Virus record (IMG/VR): IMGVR_UViG_3300028588_000027
Coordinates: 1-59,103 of that record
Length of the DNA stretch: 59,103 nucleotides
Strand: one strand, 5' to 3'
Source: a virus
Taxonomy: Duplodnaviria > Caudoviricetes
Position numbers and translations under genes: made by a program. The notes below the pieces were generated by a model, which saw only the letters and a list, made by a program, of their open reading frames with translations, had not been told where the DNA came from and did not search any database. Every line of letters begins with the position of its first letter. Position 1 is the stretch's first letter. Below, piece after piece: positions 46,601 through 55,100 of this stretch.

Positions 46601-48779
46601 GCATGCTGAACGGGTTGAAGGAACCGCCTTTTTTGTAGTCGTGCACGACGACGACCTTGCGGCCGGCGTCCAGCTGCGCCTGGATGCTGGGAATGGCTTC
46701 CTCGGCCTTGATCGCCTCGAGCAAGTACCGGCGCGACAGGTAATCGAACTGCTTCATCACCGGCTGATACAGGTGCTTGAATTTCGGGTGCTCGCGCATG
46801 AACTCGAGGCCTTCGTCAATGGCCGAACCCAGCGCGGATTCCACCATGACGAACTTGCGCTCGTAGTCGGCTTCCACCTCGAGCATGCGGCCCGACAGGG
46901 CGCCCTCGGCCTTGAGCCAGTTATTGAACTGGCGCGCCATCAGTCCCTGGTCGACGTTGCCGTCTGGCTCGGTCAGCTTGTGGTACCGGATGCGATAGCC
47001 GAAGTGCTGCACGAAGAAATGCGCGCGGCCGTCCTGGTTGCTGTTGCCGATCCGGCCGCCGTCGCCGTAGTTGAACAGGTAGCCCTCGGCATAGTCCACC
47101 GCCTTGACGTAGGCGAATGGCGTCGCCGACAGCATCAGGGTTTTCGGGCGCTTGATGGGGGCGTTGGCGATCGCCTCGTACTCGGCGCGCTGGCTTTCCT
47201 CGCGCTCGCTGATTTCCTTCATCAGCTTGTCGAACTCGGTACGCGCGGCCTGGTTGCCGTCGGCCTTGGCCGGCGCCGGCGGCAGCGCGGCCAGGCGGTC
47301 GTACAGGTCGCGGTTCTTCATCCGGGTGTAGGCAGACCATCCGGACGGGTGATAGGTGAGTGCCTGCAGGGACTCAAGCGCCAGCGTCTTCTTGCCGTCG
47401 GCCGCCGCCATGACGCGGTGCGATTCGTCCAGCGTCACCAAGTCCCAATTGCGGTCTGCGAGGGTACGGTTCTGGCCAAAGTTGGCGTAGGTGGTGATGA
47501 CGATGCCGGCGTCGCCGTTGTCGTCCAGGCCGTCGAGCATCTTCGCTTCCAGGCCCAGCTCGGCCAGCGAACGAATCCAGTCCTGGCCAATGCCGTCGTT
47601 CGGTACCACGACAATCTGATTGTCTTTGCCCTGGCGGGCGAAGCGGGCGATGATACCGCCGCCGGTGAAGGTCTTGCCGGTACCGGTCCCGTTGGTGAAC
47701 ATGACGCCCGGCTGCTTTTCCGGGTTGGCGAATCGGGCTTCGGCAAAGGCGACGTCTTCGCGCTGACCGTCCAGCAGGTACGGCAGCGTGGCGTCGATGT
47801 TGGCGCGGTCGCCCGGCTTGACGGGTACCGCGTTGGCTTTCTTCTGTGCTGCGCGCTTTCGGTCTAGCGGGTTGCGTGCGCCAGCAACTGCAGCAGGTAA
47901 TGCTTCTGCGTCGGGTCCAGGTTGCGATTCTTGGCGCCCAGCTCGGCCGCTTCCTCCGGCGTCTCCATCGGTGGAATCGCTTGCGCCAGGTCGCCCTTGC
48001 CCGGCTTGGCCAGGTACGTCGATATCGCTTTGCGCTCCACCAGCAACGGCACGACGTCCAGATACGCCAGCGCTACCGGCGCTTCCGCGCCCTGGCTGGT
48101 CAGTCGCTCCATCAGTGCCTGGTGCTCGTCCGTCAATTCCTGGTCCGACATCGAAAAGACTCGCTCGAGCTCCGAGTTCACCATCTGCCCGGTCGCCTTC
48201 ACGCCCTGCCACACTTCCGCGGGTACCATCAACATTGTTCTCTCCCTCGAGTTTTCCATCCCGGTAATCACGGACAAAGCGCGTGATGTAGGGTTTCATA
48301 TTAGCAGCAACTGGCTTGCCGAATTTGTCCACGACGGCCTGCACCACGGCGCGCATAACGTCCATGATGTCGCTGCCGGCGCTGGCGTAATCCTTCGCCG
48401 CTTCCTGGAACAGCGGCTTTGCCTTCGCATAGGTTTCATCGTTGAACGTCAGGCCGCTGTTGAGCTTCGTGCCGCCGAACAGCTCGCCCAGCGCGTCGAT
48501 GGCATTCACCGTGCCGCTGGCCAGGTTCTTGACGGCCGACACGGCCGCATCGCCGGCGCCGCGTTTCTTGCCGCCGCGGGCGGCGTACTGGTCGGCGACG
48601 GTCTGTTCGATGCTGGCCTGCTCCATCTTGGCCAGGTCGATCTTATCCAGGACTACCTGCTCAATCGCCGCGGCCGGGGAGAACCCGCGGGCCTCGTACT
48701 CGTCGGCCAGCGTGAGCATTTCGTTAATCGGTAACTTGTCGGCCAGCGCCAGGCGGTCGATGCAGTTAGTAAATGGCAT
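40629..48779 (-). CDS. DarB-like polyvalent injected protein: SF2 helicase, N6-adenine methyltransferase, ART-like domain, HExxH peptidase, LPD38-like C-terminus
   Basis: NGTGTGKT, DESH, SAT, QLEGRIYR; YFATP, EPSAGHG, NPPF; FKKWFG...VYHG; HEILHH; VNFNRKG...LYAFFNA. Start MPFTNC after a GGAG SD. Confidence 0.88.
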   Translation of the reverse strand: MPFTNCIDRLALADKLPINEMLTLADEYEARGFSPAAAIEQVVLDKIDLAKMEQASIEQTVADQYAARGGKKRGAGDAAVSAVKNLASGTVNAIDALGELFGGTKLNSGLTFNDETYAKAKPLFQEAAKDYASAGSDIMDVMRAVVQAVVDKFGKPVAANMKPYITRFVRDYRDGKLEGENNVDGTRGSVAGREGDRADGELGARASLFDVGPGIDGRAPGTDGATDQPGRGSAGSAGVSGRRAVAGGAQSDIDVPGQAGQGRPGASDSTDGDAGGSGRAGRQESQPGPDAEALPAAVAGARNPLDRKRAAQKKANAVPVKPGDRANIDATLPYLLDGQREDVAFAEARFANPEKQPGVMFTNGTGTGKTFTGGGIIARFARQGKDNQIVVVPNDGIGQDWIRSLAELGLEAKMLDGLDDNGDAGIVITTYANFGQNRTLADRNWDLVTLDESHRVMAAADGKKTLALESLQALTYHPSGWSAYTRMKNRDLYDRLAALPPAPAKADGNQAARTEFDKLMKEISEREESQRAEYEAIANAPIKRPKTLMLSATPFAYVKAVDYAEGYLFNYGDGGRIGNSNQDGRAHFFVQHFGYRIRYHKLTEPDGNVDQGLMARQFNNWLKAEGALSGRMLEVEADYERKFVMVESALGSAIDEGLEFMREHPKFKHLYQPVMKQFDYLSRRYLLEAIKAEEAIPSIQAQLDAGRKVVVVHDYKKGGSFNPFSMRGINGVSTVYENNAPKEIDLAALGREFQAARPDLASLQVPARSALQTLQAAFPDALVHNGSVPAKQLEANKVQFNDDNGSARLIILQSDKGREGISLHDTTGKYRRVMVNIGMQGTPTALIQLEGRIYRTGQVSNALFHYANTGTEWERRTFAETIAQRADTAEALAMGDQARGLKEAIIEAFQDSAPATVSDTDGTGGKARDRNTAKALTEWDKAKTFYYSQLKRNSASKSAEGNDYFATPEPVGMKMVEWADIRVGEDVMEPSAGHGAIARWFPAQTNKTIVEPETPLINRARLVIEGSNARFEQQHFEDLHVSNKYDAIVMNPPFGKGGSLSTPHLAKAFKHLREGGRIVALLPTGNMADKRLDAFLYAEDAPKDMHLVAEINLPAATFGRAGTGAMTKIIILDKIADPEKAPNQVRRDYVSAETVEDLFDRLEHSTVPGRVKTVAEDIAIEEAKPAAPISKKVRAAAEGATGAERFYAQFEFKHTKTGEALFGAAMLNRTSPETYKQALAIAKQHGGRYNKFVGGGALRGFLFKSAADRTAFMDEAGALDEVSAGLGETVLRDITDQRTIEVDGVRRPIRDTNGNLVAPDFMAQIKFWREFDGQTDERGRPIVAPTLRDIAERQTNTAAFKKWFGNSKVMKGGQPMVVYHGRSGEFEGDAFRNGESVEGAIWFTDETDEASWYASGGSGIYYGEGEHVMPVYLSLQNPHRIDLNGKLDYESYAVEDAIAYAKENGHDGLIITSAFNGNEETGYEGSANENQYVVFSPEQVKSAIGNAGMFDPSNPSMLRDVSDQLPPLMAGTPTDSEPKRVATLAKLKAARRALEEGRITDKDFQLRVDVIVSALEDRNASKATPKPRERGPEWIMERLMRARRTGELDEATVSFALWALNKNPAIAEDLGISLRAAGESGTAGMYNPVSRVISLFKGAANEGTAVHEILHHTERMMPADVQAKIVQAWRKAFGRAYAAADEKTRTAMDDLLTMASSSAAAKRAKQAFADGVLDYDQHYQLSNPSEYWAVNATRILSERYEAGSWVAKAKTWLGELVQKARGWLGLPSDAAVLRGLQAVLEGTGEKLSPRMLVEQAFGQGDYALRALANPPPAATWTAPDMTRLDDVIQVLQDKHIDIKRTVDTVRDVVTGLEDKWDPYLQEELFHGRAATGFKEYLNSELRPLLTDMQARGVALEEFEQFLHMRHAEEANDQIASINPNDPAMQDGGSGIDTADARNYLAGLPPAKRAAYNALAARVDAMTAQTQQMLVDYGLESQNTIDAWNATYQHYVPLMREDMDAGGGNGTGRGFSVRGPASKRRMGSKRKVVNILANLAMARERAVVRGEKNRLDLALYGLALQAPNPAFWKPVNPQKNPAALDAELQAMGLTPAHAAALVEEVRKRRVNPKTGLVERVLDLRERLGDHVVSVRVGGEDRFIFFNKDEPRARRMAETINNIGNDGVNRVLSIIGVATRWFASVNTQYNPIFGVVNLTRDLGEGAVNLSSTPIAGKQVEFVAEASRMLLAAGKHGLRLDQMTGADAALWAEFQKEGGITGHRAMFSTSDDRAKELAKELRAMTMNPAGKAGKAVLDWLSDYNEALENVTRMAAYKIAKAEGMTPQRAASLAKNLTVNFNRKGAVGAQVNSLYAFFNAATQGIARMAKTLNGPAGKKIIAGGLMIGVLQAFLLAAAGFDDQEPPEYVRAKNLVIPVGGKKYVSIPYPLGFAFLPTTGRLVTEFALGGAKKPGKYVSHLASAIMDTFNPIGAGGSVTQTLSFTVTDPIVALEMNEDWKGKKIAKEDFNSLKPTPGHTRAKDTASGVGKAVSYALNTITGGNEYTPGKWSPTPDQVDYLIGQLTGGVGREALKAQQTVSAIITGEELPAYKIPLAGRFYGDAGDKSSVSTRFYDNLKQLNEAEQELEGRRQAKDGAREYLADHPEAKMADQAQAVQREIAALRKRKSDLLEKGDKARVKETELRIRTLMERFNEKVEARTSTTP
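47864..48235 (-). CDS. Nested out-of-frame gene (123 aa) inside the polyvalent protein linker
   Basis: GAGGGAGAG SD before ATG; G/C-ending codons favour this frame; globular helical composition. Confidence 0.65.
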   Translation of the reverse strand: MLMVPAEVWQGVKATGQMVNSELERVFSMSDQELTDEHQALMERLTSQGAEAPVALAYLDVVPLLVERKAISTYLAKPGKGDLAQAIPPMETPEEAAELGAKNRNLDPTQKHYLLQLLAHATR

Positions 48780-49068
48780 GGGCGGCAATCTCCATCAGGA
48801 TAGCGGTAATGATTTCTTCCTCGTCGTCGCTGTCGACGTCGAGGGGAATAAAATATTGCTGGGAAGAACGACTATGATACCGGGCAACACCATCGCCAGG
48901 TGCAAAAGGTGGGACTGGCGCGGCGCTGGTGGCGCGCATGTCCAGCTCGGCCCAGCCGACAGCCACATGGAACGACCTGGCCTGCAGGTCGAGCTCGGCC
49001 CAGCCCACCGCGACATGGTGCGGCCGGGCCAGGACGTCGAGCGCGGCCCATCCGACGAAGACCGCCAT
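48766..49068 (-). CDS. Small protein with three V.VGWA.LD repeats and acidic C-terminus
   Basis: Start coupled to the upstream TAA; 16-aa repeats visible in DNA and protein. Confidence 0.65.
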   Translation of the reverse strand: MAVFVGWAALDVLARPHHVAVGWAELDLQARSFHVAVGWAELDMRATSAAPVPPFAPGDGVARYHSRSSQQYFIPLDVDSDDEEEIITAILMEIAAHAIY

Positions 49069-50702
49069 TACAGTGCCTCGAAGTCGAAGCGCAAGGCGTT
49101 GCCGTCCGTGATGGCGGCCACCTGCTGGGGCGTGAGCGATTGCGCGAAGATCGTCGGTTCCGCCGGCAGGGCTTCGTGCACCCACGCGGCAATCTCCACG
49201 GCGCCCTGCAGCAGCACCACGCGCACGCCGTCGCCGGTATTGCTCCACAGCTGGTATCGCATCACTGGTGTGGCGCCAGGCGGCGGCAGCGCCACCGCGT
49301 TGGCCTTCGTGCTGCAGCGCGCGCCAGGCATGTCGGCCTCGATGTACCTGGTAGCGTCGGCGCTTGGCTCGTTGATCGCCGCGGCCAGGTCGCCGCCGTC
49401 CGACGCGCGCCAGCCGCCGGGCGCGATTGTGCTGTCCGGACGCGAGTAGCGTGGGTCGACGTCGACGGTGATCGCGCCGGCGCCGGCCTCGTTGTGCTGC
49501 TGGCCAGCGGCGCCGGCAAGGTTCTGGACCTGGCTGATTGCGCCGGTACCGGCCACGTTCACTTGTGCGCCTGGCGCGCCGGCCAGGCCTTCGGGCTCGG
49601 GCTGCGCGTCGACCGTGATCGCGCCGGTACCGCCCTGGTTCTCCTGCAGGCCGCCGGCGCCCGTCAGGCTCTGCACCTGGCCGATGCCGTCGGCGCCGCC
49701 TTCATTGCCCTGCAGGCCTGGCGCGCCGGCCAGCTGCTGCACCTGGTCGATTGCGCCGGCCGCGCCGGTGTTGGTCTGCACGCCTGCAGCGCCGGCCAGG
49801 TTCTGCTTCTGGCCGATCGCGCCGGCGCCGCCGGTATTCGCCTGCGTGCCGCCGGCGCCGGCGACGTTCTGCACCTGGCCGATCTTGCCCACGCCGCCCT
49901 GGTTGGCCTGCAGGCCGGCCGCGCCTACCAGGTTAATCGGGCCTACTGGAGCCGCTGCCAGCATGATCCGATCATCGTCGGAGTCGATGTCGTCAAACAT
50001 GCTCCACGGATTCGCCGACAGCAAGCGCGCTTCTTCCAGCGCAAACGCGCCGGTCATGTGCGCGAACAGCGACACCGTGCCGTCCAGGTAGCTGCTGCCA
50101 GTGTTGCGCCGGCCGATGTTGATGTCTGCCGTAGTGCCGTTGTTTGAGGTGACGAACGACGACGGCGAGCTGCCGGTCTGGCGCGCGCCATTCAGGAACA
50201 TGAAGTGGGTCGAGCCATCCCAGCCGAAGACGACCGTGTACGGTTTGTGCGCCACCATGGCGGCGTTACTGGCTGCTTGCGCAGGCTGGCCAGTTGAATT
50301 GCCGAACCAGTATCCTAAGCGTCCATTGGTCGTGTACCCCAGCTGGATGCCGTTTGTTGAAGCACTGGCCGCCACTTGTCGGTAGCTCAACATGCGGGTT
50401 GCAACGGTCGTCACGGCCAGCGTGAACGAACACACGATCATAAACGGCTGCGCCAGCGAGAAGTCGACCACGCCGGCCGGTGGCGAGATAAGCGCGTATG
50501 CGGATTTGCTGGCTTCAAACCGGCGAGCTACGCCATGCGCCGATGCGGCTTGCGTCGGCCCATTCAGGTAAGTGATCCGGGCGCTACTGCCGAAAATGTC
50601 ATCTATCGAGGCGCCAAGGATGGCGCCCACTCCCTTGAATCTGGCGAACTCAGGGCGCAGGCGTGCGATGCCTTGCGGCTGGCGGAGCATCGGAACGCCC
50701 AT
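49068..50702 (-). CDS. Virion-associated protein with LamG/ConA-like domain and 20-aa repeats
   Basis: VVFGWDG....FLNG...INIGRR...LDG.V...AL...E...L..NPW; about seven (Q)NLAGAAG.Q.N.GGAGAI repeats. Confidence 0.7.
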   Translation of the reverse strand: MGVPMLRQPQGIARLRPEFARFKGVGAILGASIDDIFGSSARITYLNGPTQAASAHGVARRFEASKSAYALISPPAGVVDFSLAQPFMIVCSFTLAVTTVATRMLSYRQVAASASTNGIQLGYTTNGRLGYWFGNSTGQPAQAASNAAMVAHKPYTVVFGWDGSTHFMFLNGARQTGSSPSSFVTSNNGTTADINIGRRNTGSSYLDGTVSLFAHMTGAFALEEARLLSANPWSMFDDIDSDDDRIMLAAAPVGPINLVGAAGLQANQGGVGKIGQVQNVAGAGGTQANTGGAGAIGQKQNLAGAAGVQTNTGAAGAIDQVQQLAGAPGLQGNEGGADGIGQVQSLTGAGGLQENQGGTGAITVDAQPEPEGLAGAPGAQVNVAGTGAISQVQNLAGAAGQQHNEAGAGAITVDVDPRYSRPDSTIAPGGWRASDGGDLAAAINEPSADATRYIEADMPGARCSTKANAVALPPPGATPVMRYQLWSNTGDGVRVVLLQGAVEIAAWVHEALPAEPTIFAQSLTPQQVAAITDGNALRFDFEAL

Positions 50703-50705
50703 CGG

Positions 50706-51086
50706 TTAATCCGTCACCGAAACAACAACCGCCTCGAAGGAAACGCCGTTGGTGATGTTGTCATATGCCAGCGCGCGCAGCGTCTTGTAGCCACGCGGTA
50801 GGACGGTGGACATGGTGACTTCATCATCTGCCGTCGTCGTGCCGGCGATGTTGGCGACGTCGAACCAGGTGGCGCCGCCATCGGTCGAATGCTGCACCGT
50901 CAGGCGGCCAGGCGCACCTGGTGCGCTGCCGCTGTTCTTCACGCGCATGGACAGCGTGCTGCCGATTGACATGCCAGTGACGTCAAGCGGCAAGCCCACG
51001 CCGGCGGCCACCGGGGCGGCCTTGGTCCCGCCTGGCGCCACCAGCGTCAGCGGGAATAGATTTTTTACTTCCTTGGTCTGCGCCAT
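50706..51086 (-). CDS. Beta-rich virion accessory protein candidate
   Basis: VQHSTDGGATWFD motif; adjacent to the LamG gene. Confidence 0.6.
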   Translation of the reverse strand: MAQTKEVKNLFPLTLVAPGGTKAAPVAAGVGLPLDVTGMSIGSTLSMRVKNSGSAPGAPGRLTVQHSTDGGATWFDVANIAGTTTADDEVTMSTVLPRGYKTLRALAYDNITNGVSFEAVVVSVTD

Positions 51087-51503
51087 TTACTTTTCCGTTC
51101 CGTCAGGGTTGTACATTGCGATCGCCACTTGTTCCTGTGTGACGATGAGGGGCTGCAGGGCCAGCGCCTTGAGGGCTTGGCCCTGTGCCTCGGTCAGCAC
51201 CTCGCCGCCCACCAGCTGGTCGATCATGCGGCGGGTGTAGGAGTCGCCGATGTCCAGGCCCGCCTCTTGGGCCAGGAAGCGCATGGCCCAGGCCACGGCC
51301 GGCTTGTCGCTGGCCGCCTCGAGCGCCTGCAGGATGGCCACGCCATCGACGCAGTTGGCCATGATCGCGCGCGCGGTCACGAACCGCTGCTGCGGGAATT
51401 GCACGCCTTCGGCGTTCAGCGCGGCGGCCAGGCCGGTGATGTCGCGCGCGGCGCGCAGCCCGTTCAGGTCGCCGCGCGCCAGGATGCGAGTGCGGATATC
51501 CAT
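51087..51503 (-). CDS. Hypothetical protein
   Basis: Typical codon usage; tight operon spacing. Confidence 0.65.
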   Translation of the reverse strand: MDIRTRILARGDLNGLRAARDITGLAAALNAEGVQFPQQRFVTARAIMANCVDGVAILQALEAASDKPAVAWAMRFLAQEAGLDIGDSYTRRMIDQLVGGEVLTEAQGQALKALALQPLIVTQEQVAIAMYNPDGTEK

Positions 51504-51506
51504 GGC

Positions 51507-51890
51507 TTAGACCGGGTATTTGCTGGTGTACGGCAAGGCCGGGAAGTTGATCCCGTTGCCGGCGGTCACAGCCATGTCGCTCGTCTCGTCGGTCACGTAC
51601 AGCACGCGGTTGTCGGACGTCAGGAAGGCGAAATGCAGGTCATTGCCGGCGGCCACGGTGGCGGTGGCGTTGGCCTGCTTGGCCGGGCTGGTGCAAACGC
51701 GGTCGTCGCCCACGCTGGCCAGGGTGAATTCTGCCGCGGTGGTGGCGATCTGCGCCAGGATGCGCCCGGCCACGGTGGCATAGCTGTCGTTCTTCGCGTA
51801 GGCGCTGATGAGCGCGATGCGGTTCACGTTGGCCTTCATGTGCGCCGGGCCATTGTCCAGCAGGTCGGTGTGTGCGTGCTTGATACCCAT
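51507..51890 (-). CDS. Small virion structural protein candidate
   Basis: LLD.G, H.A......LYVTDETSD and GN.INFP motifs; AAGGAG SD. Confidence 0.6.
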   Translation of the reverse strand: MGIKHAHTDLLDNGPAHMKANVNRIALISAYAKNDSYATVAGRILAQIATTAAEFTLASVGDDRVCTSPAKQANATATVAAGNDLHFAFLTSDNRVLYVTDETSDMAVTAGNGINFPALPYTSKYPV

Positions 51891-51905
51891 GGGGTGTTGC
51901 TCCTT

Positions 51906-52190
51906 TTAAGAAATGATGTCGACCACAAGCCGTTTCAGCTTGCCGTCGTGATCGCGCTCGGGGGTGGCGATCATTTGCTTCGGTACGGGTTTCGGCTGGG
52001 TCGCCGCGGCCAGCAGGGCCGGCAGCTGCGCCATGCTTTCGGCCATGGTGGCCATGGCGGCCTGCATGGCCACCAGCTGCGTGTTGTCGACGGCCGGGGC
52101 GGTCAATTGACGGTCAATTGACGGTTGCTTGACTGGCGTGGTCGGTTTGCCCTGCAGGCGGTCGACGTCGGCGCGGTTCATGGTGCGCAT
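51906..52190 (-). CDS. Hypothetical protein
   Basis: C-terminal ERD.DGK; directly after the stop of the large protein. Confidence 0.6.
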   Translation of the reverse strand: MRTMNRADVDRLQGKPTTPVKQPSIDRQLTAPAVDNTQLVAMQAAMATMAESMAQLPALLAAATQPKPVPKQMIATPERDHDGKLKRLVVDIIS

Positions 52191-52191
52191 G

Positions 52192-55100
52192 TCAGCCTTT
52201 CATGCACTTGATGAGTGCTTCGAGATTGGTGATGTCTTCGGCGACGTTGGCCAGCGCCTGGTCGGCCGGTACCTGGATCGTCTCGGTAACGCCTTCGTCG
52301 GCGACAAATACTTCCTGGTCGACCTTGACGCGCTTGTAGAAGGCCAGCGGGATCGCCGGCGCCGGCGGGCGCGGCTTACGGGCCTTTGCCACCTTTGCCT
52401 TTTCGTCGGCGAGGGTGGTCGGCTTGGCCTCGACTTCCTCGAGTACGGTGTCAAACATCGCGTCGATGTCGGCATCGCTGGCCATCGCCGTCGCTGCCTT
52501 GCCGCCGTTCTCGATCTTCGACAGGCCGGCCTCGAATGCTTCGATTTCGAGGTCGCCATTTTGGTACTGCTCTACCAGGCTATCGGCCGCGGTACCGATG
52601 ACGGCGGCGCGCTCGAAGGCATCTTCCTGGCGGCGCGTTTCCGGGTCGTTCATCTGGCGCTCTGCGATCTCGCGCAGCACCGACGGACGGCGCGCTGGCG
52701 GTAGGCGCTTCAGCACGAAACCCTTGTCCTTGGGCTCGATTTCGTGCGTGTCCTCGAGGTCATAAGTCTGCTGGAATGCGATCGCTGACTTTTCGCTCTT
52801 GAACGGCTTGCCGTTTTGCTGGGTGACGGTGTTATCGCCCTGTAGGCGGCGCACGACCGCATCACGCTCGGCGCGCGCAACCTTCTCGTTGTAATCGCCT
52901 TCGACGGCAACAGGATCGGTACCGGACTGAACCAGCTTGACGTAGGCGTTTGCCTGGTCCGCCAGCGGCATGTCGCCGAAAGCATCGGCATTGCGCACGC
53001 CGCCGGCCTTGTACAGCGCCTTGAGGTCACCGCGCTGGCCCAGCGCTTCCAGGATTTCGACGGGGTTCACCTGGAAGTCGGTACGAAGCGCCAGCGCATC
53101 GTATTCAGTGCCAGATTTGGCACTTTTTCCCGGATTCGTTGCAGTTTTTCCCGATTCCGTTGCGCTTTTCCCGCTTTCCGATGCAGTTGATGCGCCGAAC
53201 GGCTCGCCCTGGCGCTTGACGATGAACTCGTAGTAGCCGTTGCGCTGCACGTTCAGGCCGATAACGTCGTTCAGGTCGACCGTGTAGGCTTCGACCGTGC
53301 GCCCATCGTTGGCGAACCTCTTGGCCAGCTTCTTGTCGCCCATGTAGACGACTTGGGTATCGGCATTCCACTTTTCGCGCGGCGCCTCGGCGCGGTACAG
53401 CGTTACCGTGTTGCCGTACTGCTGGCGCAGGTGTTCGCGGGTATTGGTCCAGGCCGCACGCATTTCATCGAGGGTGTAGGTTCCCTTCTTGAGTGCGCGA
53501 TTGATTTGCGTCGGCTTGCCAGGCATGACGCCCTGCTGGTCTTCCAGCATGTCCCACTTCAACATCGAGTCGATGCCGGCGGTTTCCCTTTCAGCGATGG
53601 CCAGCAGCTCGTCGGTTATTGCGATGTCCGGCGCTGCGGCCTTGGCTGGCGCGGCTGGTGCCGACGCATCGAACAGGCCGCCCTGGCCAGCCAGGGAATC
53701 CATGGCGTCCTGGCCCAGCTGGAAGTTTTCGGCGCTAGCGTCCTGGCGTGCGCGAATGTCGGCGTCGTCGCGCTCCTTCTTGCGCTGCGCCTCGAGCTTG
53801 TCGCGCTCGGCCTGGCGCGCCTTGGTCGCGGCTTCGTCAGAGTCCTGGCGGGCGCGGACTTCGGCCGGGGTGTAGCTGCTTAGGAGGTCGCCGCCCGGCG
53901 CAGCAGTTCCGCCAGCAACTGCCGGCGCTGGCTCGGCGACAGCTTGGCCAGCGTCGCCTGGATTTCTGCTCGAGCCTGGTCGGCTTTGGAGTCCGAAGAT
54001 TGCATCTAGTTCCTCATCAGTAATGTTATCGGACGACAGGCCGCCGTCCAGGGGAATATCGGCATCCTGCAGCAGCTCGACAGCGAGCGCGGCGGCGGCC
54101 GGGGAAAGGGAATCGGCTACGTCCTCGACGGTGGCCTGGTCCTCGACGGTGATCGCTTCGCCGGTGGCGGCCTCGATCGCCTGGCGCTGCTGCTCGAGCG
54201 CGGCGTGCGCGGCCACGACTTCATCATAGACCTGCTCGGCCGTTTTGCCGTCGGTGTCGATGTCCAGGCTGCGCGCCTCGTCCTGCAGGCGCTGGTCGGT
54301 GGTCGGCATGTCGGCCTCGAGCATGCCGGCCGGCTGGATGACTTCGCGGCCAGCGACGGCGCGCTGGATCATGTCGGCCAGCTTGCGCGTGCCGCCGGTG
54401 TCGTCGTTCGCGTCGACGTCCTGCTGGGTCAAGAAACCCTCATCGACAGCCAGCAGCGCCAGCTCGTCCAGGCGTTTGCCGGCATGGCGCAGGACCGGGC
54501 CATAGCCTGGCGCCATGCGGTTGCCCTTGCGGCCCTTCTCGAGCCCGATGTCTGCCTGGTCCTTGAGGGATACGCCGTGGTTGGCTAGGAATGCCAGGAA
54601 CGGGTTATCGCGCTGCAGGCGATCGCGCAGGCGCTTGGCCTGCTGTTTCGCCTGCAGGCTGCGCACTTCCGGATTGCTGACGCCGGCGCCGAGGGTGATC
54701 GGGTTCGATGCGTCGACGCCGCGGTGCTTGCGGGTGTCGATGCCCAGCACGCGCGTGGCGTTGTCTTCCTCGCGGTCCAGGTGCTTCTTGTCGAACTTCT
54801 CGACCTTCTTGCCGGCCTTCTTGGCCTTGGCCTCGCGTTCGCCGTGCTTGGCCTGCTGGTACCGGCGCGGCGCCAGGCCGTGCATGGCCTGCACGATGTC
54901 AGTCAGCTGGCGCTGCAGGTCGCGCGCTTCGGGCGCGGCGTCGCTGTGCACTTCGCCGTCCTTGTAGCCCAGCTTGGCCAGCTGGGGCGCGATCGCGTTC
55001 CACTTGGCCACCGCGGCGTCAACGATCGGGCGCGGCAGGGCGCCGGCCGTGTCGGCCTTCTCGGCAATGAAGCGCTCCGCGGTCATCGGCTCGATGTCGG

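Noticed and set aside
53120-53182. CRISPR-like mini-array
   Set aside because: Repeats are directly adjacent with no spacers, lie in frame in a gene, and no cas genes are present.
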